Part shown: positions 54,540 to 63,133 of the stretch, piece after piece | Numbering within the stretch: position 1 is the stretch's first letter | Layout of the letters: every line of letters begins with the position of its first letter | Assembly: GCA_963715465.1 (NCBI GenBank) | Contig: OY970246.1 | Coordinates: 829,969-893,968, forward strand | DNA: 64,000 bases | Source: an uncultured Flavobacteriaceae bacterium | GTDB taxonomy: Bacteria; Bacteroidota; Bacteroidia; Flavobacteriales; Flavobacteriaceae | Reading direction: 5' to 3' | Program-made: the position numbers and the translations under genes | Notes under the pieces: model-generated | Databases searched by the model: none | What the model saw: the letters and a program-made list of their open reading frames with translations, nothing else | Told to the model about the DNA's origin: nothing

Positions 54540-54558
54540 TCTTTTTTTTCTTCGGAAA
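54540..54558 (-). repeat. 19-nt dispersed motif, copy 2 (reverse orientation)
   Basis: The plus strand reads TCTTTTTTTTCTTCGGAAA, the exact reverse complement of the motif. Confidence 0.9.
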
Positions 54559-54649
54559 TATAAACACATAGACTGTTGCCTCAGATGTATTAAAAACATC
54601 TATAACTAAAACATAAATAGAACTCATTCGCTAAAAATCTAAAAATCAA

Positions 54650-56380
54650 ATGAAACACATAAGCCTTATTTTAAGCATAAGTTTAATCGCTGTATGTGGT
54701 TTCAGTCAGGAAACATCTAAAAATGCATTATCTGGTTTAGATCAAATTATTGAGCGCTATGAAAAGAACGAGGGTTATGATCGTGACCAATATCCCTTAG
54801 GTCTGTTCACAAAAGCCTATTACCAATCGAAAGCAGAATTTGCTAAATTGCTACTAAAAGACTTATCTCAAATTGAAACCGCATCATTGGGCGAAACCGA
54901 TCAAATTTCCGCAGCACTTCTAAAATTTGAACTTGAGGACGATATTAATTTCTATGAGTTTGAACGGTATTTAAATCCGTTGTTATCAGACACAGGCTTT
55001 CACAGCAATCTTACCTATGAGGTGCGACCGCTAAACAGTTACGATCAGGCAAAGCGATACTTAAACAAATTAAATAGTATTCCTGTTTTTGTAGATCAGC
55101 ATTTGGTCAACCTACGTGAGGGCCTAAAAAAAGGCGTATCGCAACCACGCGTGATTTTTAAGGGTTATGAATCTACTTATAACGATCATATTGTTGACGA
55201 TTATAAACTGAGTTACTATTATTCGCCCTTTGAAAATTTACCTTTAGATGTTAACGACATTCAGAAAGACTCGCTATTAGCTGCCGCGAGAATCGCCATA
55301 GAAACCAATGTGACACCACAATTTAAAAAAATCAAAACATTTTTTGAAACCGAGTATTTGCCAAAAACGCGAACCTCACTTGGTATTTCTGAAACGCCAA
55401 ATGGAACGGCTAATTACCAAGACCGGATCAATTTTTATACGACAAGCACGCAATATTCCGCAGAGGATATTCATCAAATCGGACTCCAAGAGGTTGCCCG
55501 AATAAAAGCTCAAATGGAGCAGATCATTACCGACCTAAATTTTGAGGGAAGTTTCGCAGAGTTCTTTCATTTTCTAAGAACAGACGAACAGTTCTACGCC
55601 AAAACACCCGAAGAATTATTGATGATCGCTAGAGATATCGCTAAACGCGTCGATGCGCAATTGCCGAGGTTTTTTAGAACCTTACCTCGAAAACCTTACG
55701 GTGTGGCGCCTGTTCCTGATGCGATTGCTCCAAAATATACAGCAGGTCGTTATGTTGGAACGTATAAGGAAAGTACAGAGCCTGGCTATTATTGGGTCAA
55801 TACTTATGACTTACCAAGTAGAACCTTATACACCTTACCTGCGTTGACCGTTCATGAGGCCGTACCTGGTCATCACTTACAGGGCAGTTTGAACAATGAG
55901 TTGGGTGATAGCATACCGCAGTTTAGAAAAAAATTATACCTATCGGCTTACGGTGAAGGTTGGGGTTTATATGCTGAATTTTTAGCAGATGAAATGGGCA
56001 TGTACACCACGCCTTACGAGCAATTTGGAAAACTAACCTATGAAATGTGGCGCGCTTGCCGCTTGGTTGTCGATACAGGAATCCATGCAAAAGGCTGGAC
56101 GCGAGATGAGGTGATTGCCTACATGTCGGCGAATACTGCGCTATCCATACATGAGATCAATACTGAAACCGATCGTTATATTTCGTGGCCAGGTCAAGCG
56201 TTATCCTATAAAATTGGAGAAATCAAAATAAGGGAGTTGCGACAAAAAGCTGAGAAGGAACTAGGTTCAAAATTTGATATACGAGACTTTCATGAGATTG
56301 TTTTAGAACAAGGCACAGTGACATTATCTATTCTTGAGAAGCGTATGATGGCTTATATCGAGAACAGAAAAGACAAGTAG
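54650..56380 (+). CDS. DUF885-family secreted protein (putative metallopeptidase-like)
   Basis: Signal peptide and an HEAVPGHHLQ motif characteristic of DUF885. Confidence 0.75.
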   Translation: MKHISLILSISLIAVCGFSQETSKNALSGLDQIIERYEKNEGYDRDQYPLGLFTKAYYQSKAEFAKLLLKDLSQIETASLGETDQISAALLKFELEDDINFYEFERYLNPLLSDTGFHSNLTYEVRPLNSYDQAKRYLNKLNSIPVFVDQHLVNLREGLKKGVSQPRVIFKGYESTYNDHIVDDYKLSYYYSPFENLPLDVNDIQKDSLLAAARIAIETNVTPQFKKIKTFFETEYLPKTRTSLGISETPNGTANYQDRINFYTTSTQYSAEDIHQIGLQEVARIKAQMEQIITDLNFEGSFAEFFHFLRTDEQFYAKTPEELLMIARDIAKRVDAQLPRFFRTLPRKPYGVAPVPDAIAPKYTAGRYVGTYKESTEPGYYWVNTYDLPSRTLYTLPALTVHEAVPGHHLQGSLNNELGDSIPQFRKKLYLSAYGEGWGLYAEFLADEMGMYTTPYEQFGKLTYEMWRACRLVVDTGIHAKGWTRDEVIAYMSANTALSIHEINTETDRYISWPGQALSYKIGEIKIRELRQKAEKELGSKFDIRDFHEIVLEQGTVTLSILEKRMMAYIENRKDK

Positions 56381-56381
56381 G

Positions 56382-57701
56382 TTAATTTTCAATCCAGCTA
56401 TCAATAATAGAATAGATCTTGGCCTGTGTCGTTTTCGAAAAACTTCTGATTCGGGTACTATGATCTCCTTTTGGCTGCACAAACTTATAAACTTCCCGTT
56501 CTTGGGATGTGTCGTTCAATTCAACCGCTGTGGCACTCCATGCATCGTATTCGCCATAAATAAAAATCATATTTTCAGCTTTAGTATCCAAGAATTGCTT
56601 TATCTCTTGCATGGGTTTGAGATCGTAATCTTTGGTGACGCCTTCAGGAAAAGCCCAATCAAATTTATAAATCTCCTCTGTATTTAGATAGGATTTAAAG
56701 GGTGCCGTTTCATAACCATAAATTCCTTGTTGCGTTAAGGCTGCCCAAAAGTAAGGTTGAAGGTTATTGACCGATTGCTCTTCAAAAAACCCGTAACCAA
56801 CCACATCAATTAAATGCGCATAGATTTGCGTTACAGAGGCATCCTTTTCAGGAATACTAGCGACTGATGAGCCATACTGCCAGAACACAAACGAATATTC
56901 AAGAATGGTATATTCTAAAGCCTTTTCGGCTCCAATTTCCCAAGTCATATTTTTAGAATTGGCTGCATCTTTGAACTTTTGTAAAAGCGCTGTTTTATGT
57001 TCAAAACAGAGATTTTGGAAATCTTTTACAGCATCACGCTCCGCTTTGGTGGCGACCGTTTTTAAATGCGAATAGACTCTAGGGTCTTCACGTTGGTAGT
57101 TCAATGGTCCAACATAACAAACGCTAGCATCAACATCTTTGGGGAAAAATCGACGATGCGCCATCGTAGTTTGGCAACCTTTTGAGATTCCTGTGGTGAT
57201 AAATTTTGCCTCAGGAAATAATGCGTTCCTAATAGCATTTATGATAATGGTTTGATCTTTTGCGGCGTTCTCAATGGTCAAGGTATTCCAATCTATAGTG
57301 TTTGGACGTGACCTATTAAAATAGCGATGTTCTATCACAAGTTCATTGGTGTTGTAATGCTTTGATAATTCGCCAGCTGCTCTTGAGCCTATGCCATAGC
57401 CTTTTAATTCTACAATAACGGGTAAGCTTATATCTTCAAGTCCTAAAAGTACGCGCTGGTTAAAGCTTCCTTTTGAAAGGTCATCATGATCTACAGGCTG
57501 GTTGAACTGTAGCTCGTAATAATGATCAAAGTGACTTGATGGCATTAATTTTTCTACGCTAATTACTTGAGGAATGGAGCTGAGTTTATCGAAGTTGGAT
57601 ATGGATTGCTTCGGAATTTCTGTAACTACCGTCTTTGTAGAATTGCAACTAAAAATAGAAACGGTCATCAAGACCATCAAAAAAATATGCTTTACTGTCA
57701 T
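56382..57701 (-). CDS. Secreted alpha/beta-fold serine peptidase, S28/S37-like
   Basis: Lipoprotein-like signal (IFSCNS), an EHRYFNRSRP motif of S28/S37 type and a GISKGC nucleophile-like elbow. Confidence 0.5.
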   Translation of the reverse strand: MTVKHIFLMVLMTVSIFSCNSTKTVVTEIPKQSISNFDKLSSIPQVISVEKLMPSSHFDHYYELQFNQPVDHDDLSKGSFNQRVLLGLEDISLPVIVELKGYGIGSRAAGELSKHYNTNELVIEHRYFNRSRPNTIDWNTLTIENAAKDQTIIINAIRNALFPEAKFITTGISKGCQTTMAHRRFFPKDVDASVCYVGPLNYQREDPRVYSHLKTVATKAERDAVKDFQNLCFEHKTALLQKFKDAANSKNMTWEIGAEKALEYTILEYSFVFWQYGSSVASIPEKDASVTQIYAHLIDVVGYGFFEEQSVNNLQPYFWAALTQQGIYGYETAPFKSYLNTEEIYKFDWAFPEGVTKDYDLKPMQEIKQFLDTKAENMIFIYGEYDAWSATAVELNDTSQEREVYKFVQPKGDHSTRIRSFSKTTQAKIYSIIDSWIEN

Positions 57702-57795
57702 CGTCGTTAGGTTTTGTTAAGACATCTAAAATAAGCAATATATCAAGAGTGATCTTACTGTTCTTCACGTTATTTATATGTGGTGAGCAAGACCA

Positions 57796-57814
57796 TTTCC
57801 GAAGAAAAAAAAGA
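57796..57814 (+). repeat. 19-nt dispersed motif, copy 3
   Basis: Exact TTTCCGAAGAAAAAAAAGA. Confidence 0.9.
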
Positions 57815-57999
57815 GAACTTATAATCACTTATAAACGTGTTGTTTATCGATTAAAAAAGTCTCTTTGTTATGTAGAACTTTACAATGTCACCGTTGGTCG
57901 ATTTTATAATGGAAACGTTTTCTTTATTTGGATCTTTAAGCTATCAACACACCACACGATAGTCAAATAACTAATTGCATTACCCTAAATTTCAATACA

Positions 58000-58269
58000 A
58001 TGAACCTAGAAATCACTCAAGCCAATAACTTTTTTAAAGTCAAGGGCGCTTTACATAGACGTAATGTCCATGTATTTACTAAAGAATTTCAACACGTTTT
58101 TGAACGTGCCAATGCCATTACGGTGAGTATTGAGAATTTGATCAGTATTGATCGCCATGGTATTAAAGCTATTGCACAACTAAATGATGAGGCGCTGTCA
58201 AAAAATAAGCGCCTATCCATTATTGGGAGTGGTCCGAGTAGTTTATACCATCACTTCAAGACGGTATAG
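58000..58269 (+). CDS. Small STAS-like protein, tandem paralog 1
   Basis: 89 aa. FFKVKGAL...ITVSIENLISIDRHGIKAI...LSIIGSG fits a minimal STAS layout. About 40-45% identical to the next ORF by eye. Confidence 0.5.
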   Translation: MNLEITQANNFFKVKGALHRRNVHVFTKEFQHVFERANAITVSIENLISIDRHGIKAIAQLNDEALSKNKRLSIIGSGPSSLYHHFKTV

Positions 58270-58407
58270 GCCTTTGCCTATTTGATAGCATACATAATCA
58301 TTCCAATTAATTATTACTAGTTTTTGGCTTTAGGTGTCAACCTACATGCTACATGCTTCATTTTTCATCTCCAAATAGATAAACAGTTAATCTAACAATA
58401 CCCAATT

Positions 58408-58698
58408 ATGGCAATAGACGTAGAACGTTCAAATCATTATTTTAAAGTCAAGGGCGCTTTAGATAAGCACAGCATCACTGAATTTAAGCGGTATCTAAAT
58501 GGTGTTTTCGAAACTTCAACCCCAATAACAATTTGTATTGAAGATGTGGTTTCCATAGATCAACATGGCGTCAATGCATTGACTGAGCTTTATAGAGAAT
58601 CTATTGAAAAACAGAAGACAATATCTATTGTGGGATCGGGTTGTAAAGAGCTGTATCAACATTTTAGAACGCAGAACATACAAGCACTCGTTTCGTAA
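58408..58698 (+). CDS. Small STAS-like protein, tandem paralog 2
   Basis: 96 aa. YFKVKGAL...ITICIEDVVSIDQHGVNAL...ISIVGSG. Confidence 0.5.
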   Translation: MAIDVERSNHYFKVKGALDKHSITEFKRYLNGVFETSTPITICIEDVVSIDQHGVNALTELYRESIEKQKTISIVGSGCKELYQHFRTQNIQALVS

Positions 58699-58701
58699 CG
58701 T

Positions 58702-59802
58702 TTACAGTGCATTCTTTTGATGCTCAAAAAAGGCATCGGCCTGTAATTGCATTAATTCACGGGCTTTTTTACGCTTATAGTTATAAAGTTCGTCTTCTTC
58801 GGAAATATCACGGTAGATGTTATTGTTAAGTACCAGATCTGTTGTTAGCAAGATTTTCCGCTCATTTAGTTTTTGCTCAACCCAGGTTTTTATTGCAGTT
58901 TCTGCATCTTCAAGTTTATAATCATATTCACCTTTTGGTGATAGTAATTTGGCGAAAATCGGTGATGTTTCAACCGCTAAAAACAACAACAGTATAAAAA
59001 AGGACGGGAGCCATGGCAATTGACCTAAAGCGTTCACTCGAGCCATCAAGCCATCGAATCCGTCAATTATGGGCTGGGTCGTGCTTATTTGCGAGGCGTA
59101 GTCTAATTTTAATTGTGCGATTTGATTTTCGGCGATTTCAATTTTAGCTTTATTTTCAGACTTTAACAGCTGTAATGCTGCGAGTGCTGCATCGTGTTTG
59201 TCCCGTTTCTCTTTGTAGACTGGGCCTTTTCCTAAACGTTCGGTTCCTGCCGTACCTTCGGCTTCAGAAATATATATGGAATATAAGGCATTTACTTCGC
59301 TCTCTTTTGTATCGATTTGTGCTTGTAAGTCGCTTATGTCCTGTTCTAATTTAGAAAAGCCTGGCGCATATTGTTCAGCGATTTGGTTTTGATTGGCTAG
59401 CGTTAGCTCGTTTTTTTGTTCTAACAATACTTGGTTAATTTCCTTTTCAAAAATCTTTAATTCTAAAGGTTTTGAAATGACCACAGCAATAATAATGGCA
59501 AGTACTAATCGCGGTGAGGCTTGAAGTAGCTCGTTTGAAAATCGGTTTCTTTTTTTAATGGTCGATACAATAAAACGATCTAAATTAAAAATAAGCAATC
59601 CCCAAATCAAGCCAAAGCCTATTGCCATATAACCATTGTCAAATACGGTATACAGCGCATAACTGCAAGCAATAAAAGCCATGACTGCGGTGAAGAAGAC
59701 TGTGGCGCCAATACCAGCGTACTTATTTTGTTCGCCGTTGGAACAATGTGATAAAATATCGATATCTGCTCCAGAACAGATAATAAAGAATTTTTTTAGC
59801 AT
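58702..59802 (-). CDS. DUF4407-like membrane protein with a central coiled coil
   Basis: N-terminal FFIICSGADIDILSHC...KYAGIGATVFFT and TM segments, a ~150-aa heptad-rich segment and a C-terminal TM, as in DUF4407. Confidence 0.55.
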   Translation of the reverse strand: MLKKFFIICSGADIDILSHCSNGEQNKYAGIGATVFFTAVMAFIACSYALYTVFDNGYMAIGFGLIWGLLIFNLDRFIVSTIKKRNRFSNELLQASPRLVLAIIIAVVISKPLELKIFEKEINQVLLEQKNELTLANQNQIAEQYAPGFSKLEQDISDLQAQIDTKESEVNALYSIYISEAEGTAGTERLGKGPVYKEKRDKHDAALAALQLLKSENKAKIEIAENQIAQLKLDYASQISTTQPIIDGFDGLMARVNALGQLPWLPSFFILLLFLAVETSPIFAKLLSPKGEYDYKLEDAETAIKTWVEQKLNERKILLTTDLVLNNNIYRDISEEDELYNYKRKKARELMQLQADAFFEHQKNAL

Positions 59803-59885
59803 GATGATTGATTTTTGATTGATGCTTAGATGTTGTCTAAGGTCTATAAGAACGCAGCCCTTGGTACTTTGTTACAAAATTTAAC

Positions 59886-59928
59886 ATAAAAACGCCTCAT
59901 GCTTAGCGGCTTGTACTAAGTATGAGGC
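59886..59928 (-). terminator. Intrinsic terminator after blaR1-like gene 2
   Basis: 13-bp stem GCCTCATGCTTAG/CTAAGTATGAGGC (one G-U pair) followed on the minus strand by a T-rich run. Confidence 0.6.
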
Positions 59929-59982
59929 AATTTTAAGAGGTGTGGTTGATGTTTTGGGTTTTCTCTTTAAAATTTTAGGTCT

Positions 59983-62670
59983 TTAATTTTTAGTGCCCTT
60001 CGGCAAAGAGATGACGGTTGTGTTATGCTCCATTGAAGAGATGACTTTGGCATTCTTATGCTTTCGAACAAAACTTAATGCCTCTTTATATGTAATTTCG
60101 GTTTCGCCTAAAAAGAAGCGTGCATGATGTCTATTCATGACCTTAATGTGGCTGATGATATTAGCAGATGTAGGTTTGGATATACTGTTTGATTGCTTCG
60201 GAATGAAAGTGTCCTTCGTAATAAAGATTTTTGGATTTTTTGTTTTCGAATGTTTTACGAAAACGTTTAAATCGCTGTTTTTTTCTATTAGTTTAATGGC
60301 CTTAGATGAAGTAATTTCTCGACCTTCATTATAGAATGTTGCATCCTTTTTTGCCAATTCATTTACCAAATCCAATGCCGATATAGGCGCTACCGGTTCT
60401 ATCGATTTTGGTGGAAGCGGGACATCAATTACAGTGTTCTTGCGATGCGGTTGATCGTCTTTAAATTCGGTAACGATTTTACTGTCACTAAATACTTTCG
60501 TGATGTATTGGCCAGGCACTACCTGCGACGCACTAACTTGGCTTTTACTTACTAGTTGTCCGTTTTTGTTAACTTCAAACCCTTCTCTATTATAATATCT
60601 CGTGTTGTTATTAATACTCACGCTATAATGTGGTATGCCATTAATTTTGACAAATCCGGTTTTTACAGTATCGCTATTGTAGCTGCTGGGTTCATAAACC
60701 TCGTCATTTACGATAAGATTTAAACGTTCTCCCGTATCATCGACTTGCATTGTACGCACCTTACGTTTGTAAGTTTTTTCATATCGCTCGATTTCTGCTT
60801 GCATTTCTTTTTGGTGCTCAGGTGAGGCATCGACTGGAATTGGTGGAGGAGGAGGCGGAATTAACGAGGTTTCTTTTTCTTCGGAATGTGGTGTGCTTGG
60901 AGCCTCAGGCGGTGGCGGGAAATTGGGAAATGGCTCTGCATCGGTCTTTTGGGCGTCGCTCAATTTTCCGTAGAGTTCATATAAACGCTCAACATCGTTT
61001 CGTTTGACCGTACGGTTATTGTTGTTTTGGTCGTTATAGGATTTGGCCAAGGCGTTGTATGCTGCCATTTGTTTTGGAGTCGCGATTTGTTGAAATGTTC
61101 TTTGTTTAATGGCGATCTTGGTTGAACTGCTCAAAGGTTTTACACCGTTTTTGTAATGGTCGTTATAATAGGCTTCGGAATACAAACTGATTTGATAAAA
61201 ATGTTTGCCATAGTTGATGGCATTCTTCTCTAATTTACTTTCATAGAATAAGCTGAAATCTGATGCTGAAAACGAATCTAAAGTATTGTTTTCAATGCGG
61301 TTGCCATCATACCAAATGCCATAAGTTTTAGCATCTTTCCATCGTTCTAAATCTGAAGGTTGTGGCGAACGTTTGGATGGCACATTCACGGGAGGCAAGA
61401 GTGCTTTTTCTTCCGAAGATAATTCAGAGAAACGTTTTGTAGAGATCAATTTTTGATTAGCATCTAGAATTTGAAATTCGACATTGTTGTAGTGGGTTTT
61501 CAAATCACTTTCCGTCGCGGTTGAGGTTGGTGTTTGCTGAAATTCTCCTATACGGCTTGAGCACACCATCATCTTTTTGATGCCCGTTTTTCTCAGATCT
61601 TCGAGGAGTTTTTGTGAAATTTCGGGATCTGCATCTGGAAATAATTTAACCGAAACCTTTAGCTTCGGATTTTTTTTATACATAATTTTAATATCCTCTA
61701 ACGTAATAACCTCGTCTTCTAATAGGAGTTGGTGCTGTTCATTTAGATAAAGTTCAATTTCATTGGTATCGATGATGGGTATTTCAAGGATAGAACGCTC
61801 TGCAAAACTGTAAAAGAGAACGGCGAGTACTGGCAAGAGCAATAAGCTTCGTAGCCAAATAGATCTTTTGGGTGTGTGTGTTTTCATAACTGTAAATCGT
61901 TTTTTGAGCACGCCTACAGCGTGCCAGGTGGATGAATAATTGATGGCATTTGCCAAGTCGTGGTGTTGGGCTTTTGATGAGAAAGCCAGTAAAATAGTTT
62001 GATATGTAGATGGTTGAATGCCTTTTTTTAAAACTGCTTGATCTGCTAAAAATTCGTGGTTTAATTTAATGTCTCGTTTTAATATGTAGAGAAGCGGGTT
62101 AAACCAAAAGATAATCTGTAAAATTTCAATACACATCACGTCAAGACTGTGTTTTTGACAGGCGTGCGTTTGTTCGTGTAGTAAGACTTCTTCTGGGATC
62201 TCACCGTTTTCAAATTTGTATTGGTTTATAAAGATATAGTGAAAAAAGGTATGGGGCGTTTTGAGATGATCGATCAACACATTGATAAAATTCCCAGATC
62301 TCACTTTGGGGTTTGAGTTGATGTCTGTGATAATGCGATACAGATTACGAAAAAATTTAATAGCGCATAATAACACGCCCAATCCATAAATTGACCATAG
62401 TAAAAGCTGAGTATAATTTATGTTTGTTTCCTGCGGAATCGTTTCAACAACGCTATAATCAATAGGCATATCAATCATTTGAAAGGTTTCGTATGATTGA
62501 ACTTCAATATATTCAATAATAGAGAGTTTTGGGATCACGAGCGAGACCAAAATAGCACCCAATAAATAGAACCGTTTAAAAGTGTGCATGCTGGATCTCT
62601 CTAGAACTAATCTATAGAATACCATAAATACGGCAAGGCATGCGCTAAATTTTAAGATATAAATGAGCAT
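59983..62670 (-). CDS. BlaR1-like M56 metallopeptidase sensor with a long C-terminal extension (Pro-rich linker, repeated C-terminal modules)
   Basis: N-terminal TM segments, HEQTHACQKH zinc motif, Pro-rich FPNFPPPPEAP...IPPPPPPIPV, and two ~55-aa C-terminal repeats (ATFYNEGREITSSKAIKLI / ARFFLGETEITYKEALSFV). Confidence 0.75.
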   Translation of the reverse strand: MLIYILKFSACLAVFMVFYRLVLERSSMHTFKRFYLLGAILVSLVIPKLSIIEYIEVQSYETFQMIDMPIDYSVVETIPQETNINYTQLLLWSIYGLGVLLCAIKFFRNLYRIITDINSNPKVRSGNFINVLIDHLKTPHTFFHYIFINQYKFENGEIPEEVLLHEQTHACQKHSLDVMCIEILQIIFWFNPLLYILKRDIKLNHEFLADQAVLKKGIQPSTYQTILLAFSSKAQHHDLANAINYSSTWHAVGVLKKRFTVMKTHTPKRSIWLRSLLLLPVLAVLFYSFAERSILEIPIIDTNEIELYLNEQHQLLLEDEVITLEDIKIMYKKNPKLKVSVKLFPDADPEISQKLLEDLRKTGIKKMMVCSSRIGEFQQTPTSTATESDLKTHYNNVEFQILDANQKLISTKRFSELSSEEKALLPPVNVPSKRSPQPSDLERWKDAKTYGIWYDGNRIENNTLDSFSASDFSLFYESKLEKNAINYGKHFYQISLYSEAYYNDHYKNGVKPLSSSTKIAIKQRTFQQIATPKQMAAYNALAKSYNDQNNNNRTVKRNDVERLYELYGKLSDAQKTDAEPFPNFPPPPEAPSTPHSEEKETSLIPPPPPPIPVDASPEHQKEMQAEIERYEKTYKRKVRTMQVDDTGERLNLIVNDEVYEPSSYNSDTVKTGFVKINGIPHYSVSINNNTRYYNREGFEVNKNGQLVSKSQVSASQVVPGQYITKVFSDSKIVTEFKDDQPHRKNTVIDVPLPPKSIEPVAPISALDLVNELAKKDATFYNEGREITSSKAIKLIEKNSDLNVFVKHSKTKNPKIFITKDTFIPKQSNSISKPTSANIISHIKVMNRHHARFFLGETEITYKEALSFVRKHKNAKVISSMEHNTTVISLPKGTKN

Positions 62671-62671
62671 A

Positions 62672-63037
62672 CTATTTGTTTTTAATTTCCTTGTCTATTA
62701 ATGTTTTTAAGTCCTCTAATTCTTCTTTAGAAAGATCTGTTTCTGTTGTAAAAAACGACGCAAATTGAGAAGCACTGTCATTAAAAAATGTTTTGATAAG
62801 TGTGTTTACATGTTTTGAGAAATAGTCTTTCTTTTTGACCAATGGGTAATATTCACGAGATTTTCCGTAGAGATTATAGTCCACAAAACCTTTGTTGATC
62901 ATGCGCTTAAGAAGTGTTGCCACAGTGGTCGTTGCAGGTTTTGGATCGGGAAAGGCATCAAGCAAATCTTTCATAAAGGCTTTTTCTAGCTTCCAAAGGT
63001 GCTGCATGAGTTGTTCCTCTGTTTTTGATAATTGCAT
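62672..63037 (-). CDS. BlaI/MecI/CopY-family transcriptional repressor
   Basis: LSKTEEQLMQHLW...TTVATLLKRMINKGFV winged helix, 121 aa. Its stop lies 1 nt before the M56 start. Confidence 0.85.
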   Translation of the reverse strand: MQLSKTEEQLMQHLWKLEKAFMKDLLDAFPDPKPATTTVATLLKRMINKGFVDYNLYGKSREYYPLVKKKDYFSKHVNTLIKTFFNDSASQFASFFTTETDLSKEELEDLKTLIDKEIKNK

Positions 63038-63058
63038 TGCTCTACATGTTTAGAATTA

Positions 63059-63076
63059 ACTCTACAAATGTAGAGT
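63059..63076. promoter_or_regulatory. Candidate BlaI operator: perfect inverted repeat ACTCTACA-AA-TGTAGAGT
   Basis: 8-bp arms containing the TACA/TGTA core typical of BlaI/MecI operators, 22 nt upstream of the blaI-like ATG (minus strand). A half-site-like CTCTACATG also occurs at 63040-63048. Confidence 0.5.
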
Positions 63077-63133
63077 AAAAATATGAAATCACAAAATCTT
63101 CCTCATTATTTTCTCTTAAATCTATTATCTTTG

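Noticed and set aside
57749-57970. 73-aa ORF in the 300-bp spacer upstream of the first STAS-like gene.
   Set aside because: It has a non-ATG start, a Phe/Lys/Arg-rich low-complexity sequence, and it contains the 19-nt dispersed motif. No family was recognised. It could be a small membrane peptide, but the evidence is insufficient.
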